From the NCBI GenBank assembly GCA_965655095.1, contig OZ296648.1, forward strand, positions 154,628,001 through 154,692,000: a stretch of DNA of 64,000 nucleotides. Direction: 5' to 3'. The notes below the pieces were generated by a model, which worked only from the letters and a program-made list of their open reading frames with translations, had not been told where the DNA came from and ran no database searches. A program made the position numbers and the translations under genes. Shown in pieces: positions 42,701 to 57,700 of the stretch; position 1 is the stretch's first letter, and the number at the start of each line of letters is the position of its first letter. Source of the DNA: Haplodiscus bocki (taxonomy: Eukaryota).

Positions 42701-44239
42701 CTGGGATTTTGTATAAGCGCCCGATGGCGGCAATCCCACTGGTGTTTTTGAGGACTCAAAATCACAAAATATTTCTCCTCCATTTTGCTGCTGAATGTTT
42801 AGGAAGCTTGCTAGCTGCAAACAACGAAAAATTGAACAAGTGTTTGCCAAAAACTGCAAGTTTTGATTATCATAAAAGAAATTAAAGATAGGCCGGTTGA
42901 CGATGCACATTCCTGTGCTCATTCAGATTATGTGGAAAAACTGAAAATTATGCGACCGATTCTCAACCAAAAAATGATTTGATCGAATTCAGCAATAATA
43001 ACACTGAGTCAAATGCTCAATGCTTTGAGAACTACGTGATATATCAAAGCTTTCAAGATTAGAATTTGAGAATCAACAATTTTCGGACGCGACGCAGGGT
43101 CATAAATTTGAAATAGCGAAAATTAGGTTGCGTAATCCAATGACAGAACTGAGCATATTTGAGAGTTTAAATTACCATTTGGATTCGACGAAGCTAATAG
43201 CGGAGAGCAAGTTCAGACTAGTTTCGAGGGAGCGGGGTTAAATTGCTATAGGAACCAATAGTGGGATTCATTAAGCGCTGGGAATGGTTGAAAAACCAAT
43301 TGGACTTTCGCACAATTTTTTTGCGTTGAAAACTACAAAACAATCAAACGTCCAAATTTTTTGAAACTCTGAAGCAATCAATGGTCTACTGCTAAACTTT
43401 TTTGTTTTTTGAAAAAACTGCAGTTTTTGGACCTGTCTGGAAACAAAAAATTCCGGATGCAATGAGCGTCACCATCTTGGAAAAGGTCGAAGAATAAGAT
43501 GCGAAACATTGTGATAGTTGTGAGAAAACTGAACCTGAGTACTTGCATATTCGAATCGGTGCTCCCACCACTACAAGTCTATGGAATCTAAGACTAAACA
43601 GTGACGCACTCTCTAGCTTGGAGGACAAGGGAAAGTAAAAACAGATAAAACAAAAGACAAACAGGTACCATTCTGATTCACTCAAGCAATCAGCCTTGCC
43701 CCGTCGGTCAATCAAGGGCCGTTTGGGAAGTGAAAGTAAAATCTATTTGCAATAAATTTGACTGATTGCAGGAAAAAATTTTTTCTGAAGTATTGTGATT
43801 GCTGCGATTTGAAGAGAGCAAAACTTATATTTTTTTCCGCCTTTTTTTATGATAAGGAAGGAAAATCATCCTTTCAGCGCGGTCCGTTTTTTTAAATTCG
43901 TTTGCCAGCATTACCAGAAAACAATTCTGAATTCGAAAAACTTTTAACACAAAATAATAGCAAATTTGCTGTAAAATGCAATTGATTTAGTAGGATTTCT
44001 CAAATGGGTACGAAAACTGGGACTTTTAGAGAAAAAATCATTTTTGGAAGAAATCTGGTTTTCCTTATTGGAAGAAATCTGGTTTTCCTTAAAAATGAAC
44101 ATTGCTCTCGTTACTTTTTTGTCCAGTTTCTAAGAATAAAAATATTTTATTGGGCAGCGCCGTTTTGAGTTTTCAGGAAATTTTCCAATTCATTAAAAGT
44201 GACTTAAACTTGCGGGCGTGAACTTTACCATTCAGATGC

Positions 44240-44329
44240 AAAAATTACACGCCGTAGACGGATCGAACCCTAAACCTACAGGTTCGAAAGTTGAAGCCGT
44301 ATCCAACGAGAAGGTAGGCTACCGCCGGC
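44240..44329 (-). ncRNA. tRNA-like putative Pol III cassette (monomer 8)
   Basis: Same cassette with intact GGTTCGATCC and a T5 run. Confidence 0.4.
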
Positions 44330-47300
44330 ACATTCTCCGCTTTCCCATTTTGGTAAAGATGCCTTTAAAGGAAAGCAAGCGGTTTTTTTCAAAACACTCT
44401 CTTCTGAGTGAGGGCCAAAAAAGCTCATAATTTAACCGAACGTTTTCTTTAAGGACAATATAAAGCATTGTTTTTTATAAAAAGTTGCCACAATCAATGA
44501 TTTTTAAGCAATTCAGTTTATTTTTTAAAAAAAATCGATCAATTTATTAACAGAAAACCCCAATTTTTGTACGGTTTGTGAAATGTTACACCTTCATTCG
44601 TATTCTACGCCAAACTTCTATAATTAGTTGATGGGAGCTTTTCATTATCAGAATCGTCTTAAGAGAACGAGTTCAAGGTAAAAAAAAGAAAAAGACAGAT
44701 CTCTCGTATAGCAAGAAAGATGATGCAGGTCAAGAAGAACAAGAGACATAAACTTGAAGCAAAGCACTCAAATGGGAAAAAATACATAAAGAGTCCGTGA
44801 ACGAACTTTTCGAACTCCATGAATTTGAGACAGTGGACACTGGAACCCTAAAAAATTGTGCAGAAGTTCTCTCATCAGTGACTTTTGAAGAGATTGAACG
44901 AAGTTGTTGAGCGCAAAGAGCCCCTGGAATCATAGAAAAAACTATCTTTTTAAAAAATCGAAAACGAAAATCGGAGACAATTGTCAAATTTAGCATTTGG
45001 AAAAACTGTTAGGCAAGCAACTTCAAATTTGTTAGCTCATTTTTTGAGTCCAGTGAAACTTTTTTTAATAAACTTCTGTTTTAATGCGCCTGACTTTGAT
45101 GCAAAAAACTAATTCTAAAACAAATATGTTTACCGAATTCAGAGAAGGCCACAGAGTGATTTGAAATAGATTTGGTATCGCTATTGTTACTGCCAGACAC
45201 TCAGTACTATTACTGAGGTTTTTCCTATTAAATCTTGTCGAACGACAATTGAGAACGTTACTTTTTCAGACAAACTGCTTTGAAAAAATATCACAGAAAA
45301 AAGTGACAAAAAACCTTTGCACAGGAAAGTCTTTGTTGTTTTTTTTCCTAACAAATTACAAAATTTGGTAGAATGCAGCTCAAGTTTACCTGCAAGGAAA
45401 GTATTTAGCTGGGTTTCACGGCTATTCCTCCCTTTTGTCTTGTTGTGGGCTTTTGGACAAGCAGTGGATCTCCACAATACAAGCAGTATGGTTTCAGAAA
45501 CGCAACTTCTAGAAGACATAAAAGAACGGTATTTGAAATCACAAGACAAGATAGTTTGCGTGGGAAGTACATAACGGGACACTACTGCCTTTCTGTTGAT
45601 TTTGCAAATTGCTAGCAATTGCCTGGGATCTAGATGGTCAGATCGCAACGAATAATTTTCGAAAAAGTGTTTTTAGTTTGAAAAAAAGGCCAGAAAAACT
45701 AACAAAAATTTGAGACTAGAAGTCCATAGATTTGGCTTGGAATGCATGTGACTAAAGGTCCAGCATCTCATTTTTCTGGCATTTTCTATAAGCGCCTGAT
45801 GGCGGCAATCCAATTGGTGTTTTTTGGGAACCCAGAATCACAAAATTATTGGTCTCCATTTTGCTGCTGAACCTTTAGGAAGCTTGCTAGCAGCACACAT
45901 TGGAAAATTGAAAAAGTAAATGCTGAAAACTGCAACTTTTGAATGTTGTAAAAGAAATTAAGTATAGGCCGTATAGGCCAGTTGATGATGCACATTCCTG
46001 TTGTTTTTCAGACTTTGTGGACCAACTGGTGTTTATGAAACCGATTCTCAGTGACAAAAAAATGATTTGATCCAATTCAGCAATTCTCACAATACGTCAA
46101 ACACTCAGAGCGTTGAGAATTACGTGACATTTCAAAAGCTTCGAGAAAGGAAACTGAGAGTCGACAATTTTTGGACGGGACGAAGGGTCATCATTTTGAA
46201 AAAACTATCATCAAGGTGCATATTCTAATCACAAATTCAAGCATATTTGAGAGAATCAATTACCAGTTGGTGTCAAAAAAGCGAATGGCGAAGAGTGGGT
46301 GTGGACTAGATTTGAGTGAGTGAGAGCAAAGAAGACATTGGACCAATGGTACGAGTCTTTAAGCGCTACGAATGTTTAAAAAACTGATTGGACTTTCGCT
46401 AAAAGATATTGCGTTGAAAGCTACAAACTAATCGAACGTCCCAACTTCTGATATTTCGCAGCATTCAATGGTCTGCTCGTAAAAGTTTTATGTTTTGGAA
46501 AAATTGCAGTTCTTGGCCCCTTCAGGAATCAAAATAGTTTTGGACGCAATGAGTGGTCACAATCTTGGAAAACAGCCGAAAATAAGATGCGATTAAATTT
46601 GACAATTATGAGGAAACTGAATCTGAGTACTTGCATATTTGAATTGAAGCTCCCAACGCCACAATCGCTAAAATCTAAGACTAAACATTGACGCTTTTAG
46701 CATGGGGGACAAAAGATAGCAAAAACAGATAAAATAATCGACAAGCAGGTACCATTCTGATTCTCTCAAGCAATCAGCCTTGCCCTGTTGGTCAATCAGT
46801 GGCCGTTTGGGAAGAAAAAGTAAAATCTATATGCAATAAATTTGACTGAATGCCGAAAAAAATCATCTGAAATATTGTGATTGCTTCGATTGGAAAAGAA
46901 CAAAATTTAGAATTTTTTCCGCCTTTTTTATGATAAGGAAGGAAAATCATCCTTTCAGCGCGAACCGTTTGTTTTACATTCACCTGCTAGCATGTCCAGA
47001 AACCAATTCTGAATTTGAAAAACTTTTTAACACAAAATATTAGCAAATTTGCCGTAAACTGCAAGTGAATTAGGATTTCTCAAATTGGTACGAAAACTGG
47101 GATTTTTTGAGAAAAAATGTTTTTTTTTAAGAAATTCCGGTTTTGCTTATAATCGTACCTTGCTCTGGTTACTTTCTGTCCCTTATTGTAAGAATAGAAA
47201 ACATTTCAATGGATAGTGCCGTCTTAAGTTTTCAGCATTATTTCAAATTCACTGAAAATGACGTAAAAATGTGGGCGTGAGTTCCACCGTTCGGATTCAA

Positions 47301-48734
47301 AAGTCACACGCCATAGACGGATCCAACCCTAAACCTGCAGGTACAAATGTTGAATCCGTATCAAACATTTGGGTCGGCTACCGCCAGCACAATTTCCGCT
47401 TTCCCCTTTTGGTAAAGATGCCTTTAAAGGAATCCAAGCGCTTTTTTTCAAAACACACTTTTGAGTGATGGCCAAAAAACCTCCTAGTTAACGTGAACAT
47501 CTTCTGAAAAACAATATAATTTGATGTGCTTTCTACAGCAAACTTGCTGCCGTCAGTGACTTTGAAGTAAGTCAATTCATTTTCGGAAAAAGCCGATCAT
47601 TTTTTCAACAGAAAACTCCAATTTTGGAACGGTTGGAGAACTGTTACATTTTCAGCCGTATTCTACGCCAAATTTGCTATAATTAGTTTATGAGCGATTT
47701 TCAATTTCGGAATCGTCTTAAGAGAACGAGTTCACGGTAAAAAGAGAAAGGGACAGATATCTCGTTTACCAAGAAACGTGGTGCAGGTCAAGGGGAACAA
47801 GACAGAAATACTTTAGGCAACGCACTCAAATGGGGAAAAGTACATAAAGAGTCGGTGAATGAAGTTCTCGAGCTCATTGATTTTGAGACAGTGGATCATA
47901 GAACCCGAAAAAATGTGCAGAAGTTCTCTCATCAGTGACTTTGAAGACATTGGACGAAGTTGTCGACCGCAAAGAGCCCCGGGATTTATGGGAAAAGCTG
48001 TCTTCCTAGAAAATCGAAAGCGAAAAACGGAGACAACTGTCGCAATTAGCATTTGAAAAAAACTGATTAGCTAACAACTTGAAACTTGTTAACACTTTTT
48101 TGAGTCAAGTTAACCTTTTTGTAAGTAATCTTCCGTTTTAATGCGCCTGATTTTGAGGCAAAAAATTACTTCTAAAACAAGTATGTTTTACTGAATTCAG
48201 AGAGGGCCACAGATTGATTTGAAATAGATTTGGTATCGCTTATGTTGCTGCCAAACACTCAGTACTACTAGTGAAGTTTTTCTGATTAGTTGTTGTCGAA
48301 CGAGCATTGAGATTAACTTTCTTTCAAACAAATTGATTTAAAAAAATATCGCTTAACAAAGTGAAAAAAAACCTTTGCACTCGGAAATCCTTGTTGTTTT
48401 TTTCTTATAAAACTACAAAATTTGATGAAATATGGTTCAAGTTAACGTGCAAGGAACGTATTTAGCTGGGTTTCACGGCGATTCCTCCCCTTTTGTCTCG
48501 TTGTGGGCTTTTGGACAAGCAGTGGATTTCCACAGTACAAGCAGTATGGTTTCAGAAACGGAACTTCTAGAAAACAAAAAGAACGGTTTTTGAAATCACA
48601 AGACAAGACAGTTTGCGTGGGAAGTACATAACGGGACAATACTGCCTTTCTGTTGATTTTGCAAATTGCGAGCAACCGACTGGGATCTAGATGGTCAGTA
48701 CCGAACGAATAATCTTCGAAAAAGAGCTGTCAGT

Positions 48735-51700
48735 GAAAAAAGCCAGAAAAACTAACACAAGTTTGAGACTAGGCGTCCATATAATTAGTTCAGCTGCTAT
48801 AAAACTGAAAATCCAGCATCCCAAGTTTTTGGGATTTTGAATGAGCATCTGATGGCGGCAATCCAGTTTGTTTTTTGAGAACTCAAAATCACAGCACAAT
48901 TGGCCTCCATTTTGCCGCTGAACGTTTAGGAATCTTGCTACCAGCAAACAACGAAAAATTGTACAAGTGCTTGCCAAAAACTGCAAGTTTTGAAAATTAT
49001 AAAAGAAATTAAGTAAAAGCCGGTTGACGAGGCACGTTCCTGTTTTTTCTTCAGATTCTGTGGAAAAACTGGAATTTATGAAACCGGTTCTCAATAAAGA
49101 AAAATGATTTGATGCAATTCAGAACAATTTACATTGCGTCAAACATCTAGAGCCTTGAGAATTAAGTGAAATTTCAAAATATTCAAGGATGGAATATATG
49201 AGTTAACTTTTTTCGGACCCGACGAAGGGTCATCTTTCTGAAAAAGAGAATATTAAGGTGCGTATTCTAATGACAAATCTGAGCACAATTGAGAGTATCA
49301 ATTACTAGTTGGAGTCGAAGAAGTGAATAGCGGAGAGTGAGTTCGGAGTAGCTACGAGCGAGCGGGAGTAGAAAAGACATAGTAACCAATGGTGCGAGTC
49401 ATTAAGCGCTACGGTTAAAAACCAATTGGACTTTCGAAAAATGACTTTGCGTTGAAAATTGCCAACTAATGAAACGTCCAATTTTTTTGATATTTCGCAG
49501 CATTCAATGGTTTACTCGTTTACGAAGTTTTGGAAAAAATTCAGTTCTTGGACCCTTCAGGAATCAACTTTTTTTGGACGCAATGAGTGGTCACCATCTT
49601 GGAAAACAGCCGAAAATAGGATGCGATTAAATGTGATCGTGAAGAAACTGAATCTGAATACTTGCATATTTGAACCGAAGCTCGCACCACCACAAGTAAT
49701 TGGAATCTACGACTAAACAGTGACGCTCTTTCTAGCTTGGGGGACAAAGGAAAGTAAAAACAGATGAAGTAAACAACAAGGAGGTGCCATTCAGGTTCAC
49801 TCTAGCAATCAGCTTTGCCCAGTCCGTCAATCACGGGTCGTTCGCAAAGAAAAAGTAAAATCTATACGCTTTAAGTTTAACTGATTGCCGAAGAAAATTC
49901 ATTTGAAAGATTGTGATTGTTTCGATTTGAAAATAGCTAAATTGATAATTTCCGCTAACATTTTTGATAAAGGAAGAAAATCATCATTTCTCCGCGATGC
50001 GTTTCTTTCACGTTCCCTTGCAAGCATGGCCGGAAGACGATTCTGAATTGGAGTGTTTGACACCAATTGATAGCAAATTTGCCGTATAATGCGATTGAAT
50101 TAGTAAGATTTCTCAAATGGGCATAAACTTGGGGTTTTTCTCAAAATCGTACTTTAATCTTGAAACTTTTTGTCCCATACTGTAAAATTAGAAAAAATTT
50201 CAACGGATGGTGCCGTTTTAAATTTTCAGGCAATTTGCCAATTCACTGAAAGTGACGTTAATTTGAAAGAGTGAAATTTACCTTTCGGATGCAAAAATTA
50301 CACGCCATAGAGGGAGCGAACCCTCAACCTGCAGGTTAATATGTTGCAGCCTTATCAAGCAAGAGAGTCGGCTACCTCCGGCACATTTTCCTCTTCCCCA
50401 TTTTGGTAAAGATGCCTCTAAAAGAATGCAAGCGGTCTTTTTCCAAAACACTTTCCTTTGCGTGAGGGCTAAAAAACCTCACAATTAACGTGAACATTTG
50501 TTGAAAAAGTACAATTTGATATGCGTTCTACAGCAAACCTGCTGCCATCAGTGACTTTAAAACAAGTCAATGTGTTTATCGAAAAATCCCATCTATTTTT
50601 TCAACAGAAAACCCCAAATTTCTAAGGTTTGGAGAAATCCTACAATTTCAGTCCTATTCTACGCCAAATTTGCTTGATTTTGTTTTTGAGAAGTTTTCAA
50701 ATTCAGACTGGACTTAGTTGGACAATTTCAAGGTAAAAAGAAAAGGACAGATACCTCATTTATCAAAAAAAATGGTGCAGGTCAAGGGGGAACAAGAGAG
50801 AAATGTTTGAAGCAAAGCACTCAAATGGGGAAAAGTACAAAGAGTCGTTTCAAGAACTTTTCCGAGCTCGTTGAATTTGAGACAGTGGGTCCCAGAACCC
50901 GAACAAATAGTGCGGAGTTCTGCCACCAGTAACTTTTGAAAAGAGATTGGACGAAGTTGTCGAGCGCAAAGAGCCCCTGGAACCATAGGAAAAGCTACCT
51001 TCTTATAAAATTGAGAGCGAAAAGCGGAGACAACTGTCAAAATTAGCATTTGAAAAAACTGATAATCTAGCAAAATGAAACTTGTCAACTCATTTTTTGA
51101 GTCAAGTTAAACTTTTTGTGTCTGAACTTCTGTTTCAATGCGCCTGAAATTGGAGCTAAAACACTTCAAAAACAGGTCTGTTTACCGAATTCGGGGATAA
51201 ACACCGACTGATTTGAAATAGATTTGGTATCGCTATTGTTGCTGCCAGACACTCAGTACTTTTACTGAGGTTTTTCCGATTAATTCTTGTCGAACGACAA
51301 TTGAGAACGTTACTTTTTCGTCGAACGAGCATTGAGATTTTTAATCTTGCAAACAAACTGATTTTTAAAATTATCACATAACAAAGTGACAAAAAACCTA
51401 TGCTCTCGAAAGTCCTTGAGGCTTTTTTTAAAAAAAAACTACAAGTTTTGATAAAACGCGGCTCAAGTTTACCTGCAAGGAATGAATTTAGCTGGGTTTC
51501 AGAGCTAGTCCTACCTTTTGTCTTTTCTTTGGCATTTGGAAAAGCACTGGATGGCCACAATACAACCAGTTTTTTTTTCAGAAGAACAACATAACAACTC
51601 CAAGGAGACATAAAAGAATGGTTACTGAAATAACAAGACAAAATATTTTGCGTGGAAAGTACATAACGGGACTTCACTGAATTTCTGTCGGTTCTGCATA

Positions 51701-54700
51701 ATGCGAGCAACTGAATGGGGTCTAGATGGCCAGAAGCCAACGAATATTCTTCGACAAAACGCTTTTACTGAAAAAAAGCCAGAAAATCATATACAAAGTT
51801 GAGACTACTAGTCCATATATTTGGCGTGGAAATTATGTGACTGAAAATCCAGCATCTTAATTTTTGGGGATTTCGAATGAGCGCCTGATGACGGCAATCC
51901 AATTTGTTTTTTTTCTGGGAACTCAATCACAAATTAATTAGCCTTAATTTTGCTGCTCAATGTTGAGGAAGCTTGCGCAGCAAACAACGGAAAATTGAAC
52001 AAGTACTTGCCAAAAACTGCAAGTTTTGAAAATTATAAAAGAAATTAAGCAAAAGCCGGTTGATCATCCACATTCCCGTTTTCTTTCAGACTATGTGAAA
52101 AAACAGGAGGTTGTGAACTCGATTCTCAATGAAAATGATTTGATCGAAATCGCCAATATTCACATTGCGTCAAACACTCAGAGCGTTGAAAATTACGTGA
52201 CATTTCAAAATTTTCAAGAAAGGAAATTGAGAGTCGACAAATTTCGGACGCGACAAAGGGTCATCTTTTTCAAAAAGCGAACATTCAGGTGCGTATTCGA
52301 ATGACAAATTTAAGCGTATTTGAGAGTATCAGTTACCAGTTGGAGTCGAAAAAGTGAAAAGCGAAGAGTGGGTTCGGACTAGTTTTGAGTGAGCGGGAGA
52401 GAAAAACATAGAAACCAATGGTGCGAGTCGATAAGCGCTAAGAATGGTTAAAAAACCAATTGCAATTACGCAAAAGGATATTGCGTTGAAAACTACAAAC
52501 TAATCAAACGTCCAGGAATTCGAAATTTCGACGCATTCATTGGTCTACTGGTAAATTCTCTTGTTTTAAAAAAGTTGCAGTTTTTAGACCCTTCAGGAAT
52601 CAATTTTTTTTGGACGCAATGTGTAGTCACAATCTTAGAAAAAAGCCGAAAGTAAGATGCGAATCATAGTGACAGTTCTGAGAAGACTGTATCTCAGTAG
52701 TTGCATATTCGAATCGAAGCTCCTACTACAACAAGTTCCTGGAATCGGAGACTAAACGGTGACGCCCTCTCTATCTTGAGGGACGAGGGAAAGTAAAAAC
52801 AGATGAAGTAAACAACAAGGAGGTGTCATTCAGGTTCACTCTAGCAATCAGCTTTGCCCAGTCCGTCAATCACGAGCCGTTTGCTAAGAAAAAGTAAAAT
52901 CTATACCTCTGAAGTTTGACTGATTGCCGAATAAAAGTCATTTGATACATTGTGATTGTTTCGACTTGATAATAGCTAGAACTACATTCTCCGTTTACCT
53001 TTTTGATATGGAAAATCATCAATTCTGCGCGATGCGTTTCTTTTACGTTTCCTTGTCAGCATGGCCGGCAGGCGATTCTGAATTGAAAATCAAAACAATT
53101 TATAACAAATTTGACGTATAATACGACCAATTTATTTAGTAGGGTTTTTCAAGTGGGTACGAAAAATGTGGTTTCTCAAAAAAGGATCTCGTTTTTTTTT
53201 CAAAAAATCCGATTTTTCTCAAAATCGCACTTTAATATTGTTACTTTTTGTTCCATACTGTAAAATTAGAATTTAATTTAAGGGCTGGTACCGTTTTGAA
53301 TTTTTAGGAAATTTGCCAACTCTCTGAGAGTGACGTAAATATACGGGCGTAAAAATTACCTTTCGGATGCAAAAATTACACGCCATGGACGTACCGAACC
53401 CTCAATTTTCAGGCTCATATGTTGAAGCCTTATCTTGCAAGAGGATCGGCCACTGCTTGGAAGTTTTTCGTATTCCCATTTTGGATTCTCCCATTCTCAT
53501 TATGTCTTCAAATGAATCCAAGCGTTTTTTTCGAAACACTCTTTTGAGTGATGGCCAAAAAACCTCTGAGTTAACGTGAACATCTTTTGAAAAACAATAT
53601 AATTTGATGTGCTTTCTACAGCAAACTTGCTGCCGTCAATGACTTTGAAGTAAGTCAATTTATTTTCGGAAAAAGCCGATCATTTTTTCAACAGAAAACT
53701 CCAATTTTGGAACGGTTGGAGAACTGTTACATTTTCAGCCGTATTCTACGCCAAATTTGCTATAATTAGTTTATGAGCGATTTTCAATTTCGGAATCGTC
53801 TTAAGAGAACGAGTTCACGGTAAAAAGAGAAAGGGACAGATATCTCGTTTACCAAGAAACGTGGTGCAGGTCAAAGGGAACAAGACAGAAATACTTTAAG
53901 CAACGCACTCAAATGGGGAAAAGTACATGAAGAGTCGGTGAATGAAGTTCTGGAGCTCATTGATTTTGAGACAGTGGATCATAGAACCCGAAAAAATGTG
54001 CAGAAGTTCTCTCATCAGTCACTTTGAAGACATTGGACGAAGTTGTCGACCGCAAAGAGCCCCTGAAATCATCGGAAAAGCTGTCTTCCTAAAAAATCGA
54101 AAGCGAAAAACGGAGACAACTGTCGCAATTAGCTTTTGAAAAAAAACTGATTAGCTAGCAACTTGAAACTTGTTAACTCATTTTCTGAGTCAAGTTAAAC
54201 TTTTTGTTTGTAAACTTCCATTTCAATGCGCCTGATTTTGAGGCAAAAAATTACTTCTAAAACAAGTATGTTTTACTGAATTCAGAGAGGGCCACAGATT
54301 GATTTGAAATAGATTTGGTATCGCTTATGTTGCTGCCAAACACTCAGTACTACTAGTGAAGTTTTTCTGATTAGTTGTTGTCGAACGAGCATTGAGATTA
54401 ACTTTCTTTCAAACAAATTGATTTAAAAAAATATCGTCTAACAAAGTGAAAAAAAACCTTTGCACTCGGAAATCCTTGTTGTTTTTTTCTTATAAAACTA
54501 CAAAATTTGATGAAATAAGGCTCAAGTTAACGTGCAAGGAAAGTATTCAGCTGGGTTTCACGGCTATTCCTCCCTTTTGTTTTGTCGGGGCTTTTGGACA
54601 AGCAGTGGATCCCCACAAAACAAGCAGTAAGGTTTCAGGAACACAACTTCTAGAAGACATAAAAGAATGATTTTTGAAATTACAATAAAAGATAGTTTGC

Positions 54701-57700
54701 GTGGGAAGTGCATAACGGGACGTTACTGCCTTTCTGTTGATTTTGCAAATTGCGAACAATTGGCTGAGATCTAGATGGTCAGAACCCAACGAATAATCTT
54801 CGAAAATTGCTCCCAGTGAAAAAAGCCAGAAAAACTAACACAAGTTTGAGACTAGGCGTCCATATAAATAGTTCAGCTGCTATAAAACTGAAAATCCAGC
54901 ATCCCAAGTTTTTGGGATTTTGAATGAGCGTCTGATGGCAGCAATCCAGTTTGTGTTTTTTGAGAACTCGAAATCACAGCACAATTGGCCTCCATTTTGC
55001 CGCTGAACGTTTAGGAATCTTGCTACCAGCAAACAACGAAAAATTGAACAAGTGCTTGCCAAAAACTGCAAGTTTTGAAAATTATAAAAGAAATTAAGGA
55101 AAAGCCGGTTGGCGAGGCACGTTCCTGTTTTTTCTTCAGATTCTGTGGAAAAACTGGAATTTATGAAACCGGTTCTCAATGAAGAAAAACGATTTGATGC
55201 AATTCAGAACAATTTACATTGCGTCAAACATCTAGAGCCTTGAGAATTAAGTGAAATTTCAAAATATTCAAGGATGGAATATATGAGTTAACTTTTTTCG
55301 GACCCGACGAAGGGTCATCTTTCTGAAAAAGAGAATATTAAGGTGCGTATTCTAATGACAAATCTGAGCACAATTGAGAGTATCAATTACTAGTTGGAGT
55401 CGAAGAAGTGAATAGCGGAGAGTGAGTTCGGAGTAGCTACGAGCGAGCGGGAGTAGAAAAGACATAGTAACCAATGGTGCGAGTCATTAAGCGCTACGGT
55501 TAAAAACCAATTGGACTTTCGAAAAATGACTTCGCGTTGAAAATTGCCAACTAATGAAACGTCCAATTTTTTTGATATTTCGCAGCATTCAATGGTTTAC
55601 TCGTTTACGAAGTTTTGGAAAAAATTCAGTTCTTGGACCCTTCAGGAATCAACTTTTTTTGGACGCAATGAGTGGTCACCATCTTGGAAAACAGCCGAAA
55701 ATAGGATGCGATTAAATGTGATCGTGAAGAAACTGAATCTGAATACTTGCATATTTGAACCGAAGCTCGCACCACCACAAGTAATTGGAATCTACGACTA
55801 AACAGTGACGCTCTTTCTAGCTTGGGGGACAAAGGAAAGTAAAAACAGATGAAGTAAACACCAAGGAGGTGCCATTCAGGTTCACTCTAGCAATCAGCTT
55901 TGCCCAGTCCGTCAATCACGGGTCGTTCGCAAAGAAAAAGTAAAATCTATACGCTTTAAGTTTAACTGATTGCCGAAGAAAATTCATTTGAAAGATTGTG
56001 ATTGTTTCGATTTAAAAATAGCTAAATTGATAATTTCCGCTAACATTTTTGATAAAGGAAGAAAATCATCATTTCTCCGCGATGCGTTTCTTTCACGTTC
56101 CCTTGCAAGCATGGCCGGAAGACGATTCTGAATTGGAGTGTTTGACACCAATTGATAGCAAATTTGCCGTATAATGCGATTGAATTAGTAAGATTTCTCA
56201 AATGGGCATAAACTTGGGGTTTTTCTCAAAATCGTACTTTAATCTTGAAACTTTTTGTCCCATACTGTAAAATTAGAAAAAATTTCAACGGATGGTGCCG
56301 TTTTAAATTTTCAGGCAATTTGCCAATTCACTGAAAGTGACGTTAATTTGAAAGAGTGAAATTTACCTTTCGGATGCAAAAATTACACGCCATAGAGGGA
56401 GCGAACCCTCAACCTGCAGGTTAATATGTTGCAGCCTTATCAAGCAAGAGAGTCGGCTACCTCCGGCACATTTTCCTCTTCCCCATTTTGGTAAAGATGC
56501 CTCTAAAAGAATGCAAGCGGTCTTTTTCCAAAACACTTTCCTTTGCGTGAGGGCTAAAAAACCTCACAATTAACGTGAACATTTGTTGAAAAAGTACAAT
56601 TTGATATGCGTTCTACAGCAAACCTGCTGCCATCAGTGACTTTAAAACAAGTCAATGTGTTTATCGAAAAATCCCATCTATTTTTTCAACAGAAAACCCC
56701 AAATTTCTAAGGTTTGGAGAAATCCTACAATTTCAGTCCTATTCTACGCCAAATTTGCTTGATTTTGTTTTTGAGAAGTTTTCAAATTCAGACTGGACTT
56801 AGTTGGACAATTTCAAGGTAAAAAGAAAAGGACAGATACCTCATTTATCAAAAAAAATGGTGCAGGTCAAGGGGGAACAAGAGAGAAATGTTTGAAGCAA
56901 AGCACTCAAATGGGGAAAAGTACAAAGAGTCGTTTCAAGAACTTTTCCGAGCTCGTTGAATTTGAGACAGTGGGTCCCAGAACCCGAACAAATAGTGCGG
57001 AGTTCTGCCACCAGTAACTTTTGAAAAGAGATTGGACGAAGTTGTCGAGCGCAAAGAGCCCCTGGAACCATAGGAAAAGCTACCTTCTTATAAAATTGAG
57101 AGCGAAAAGCGGAGACAACTGTCAAAATTAGCATTTGAAAAAACTGATAATCTAGCAAAATGAAACTTGTCAACTCATTTTTTGAGTCAAGTTAAACTTT
57201 TTGTGTCTGAACTTCTGTTTCAATGCGCCTGAAATTGGAGCTAAAACACTTCAAAAACAGGTCTGTTTACCGAATTCGGGGATAAACACCGACTGATTTG
57301 AAATAGATTTGGTATCGCTATTGTTGCTGCCAGACACTCAGTACTTTTACTGAGGTTTTTCCGATTAATTCTTGTCGAACGACAATTGAGAACGTTACTT
57401 TTTCGTCGAACGAGCATTGAGATTTTTAATCTTGCAAACAAACTGATTTTTAAAATTATCACATAACAAAGTGACAAAAAACCTATGCTCTCGAAAGTCC
57501 TTGAGGCTTTTTTTAAAAAAAAACTACAAGTTTTGATAAAACGCGGCTCAAGTTTACCTGCAAGGAATGAATTTAGCTGGGTTTCAGAGCTAGTCCTACC
57601 TTTTGTCTTTTCTTTGGCATTTGGAAAAGCACTGGATGGCCACAATACAACCAGTTTTTTTTTCAGAAGAACAACATAACAACTCCAAGGAGACATAAAA

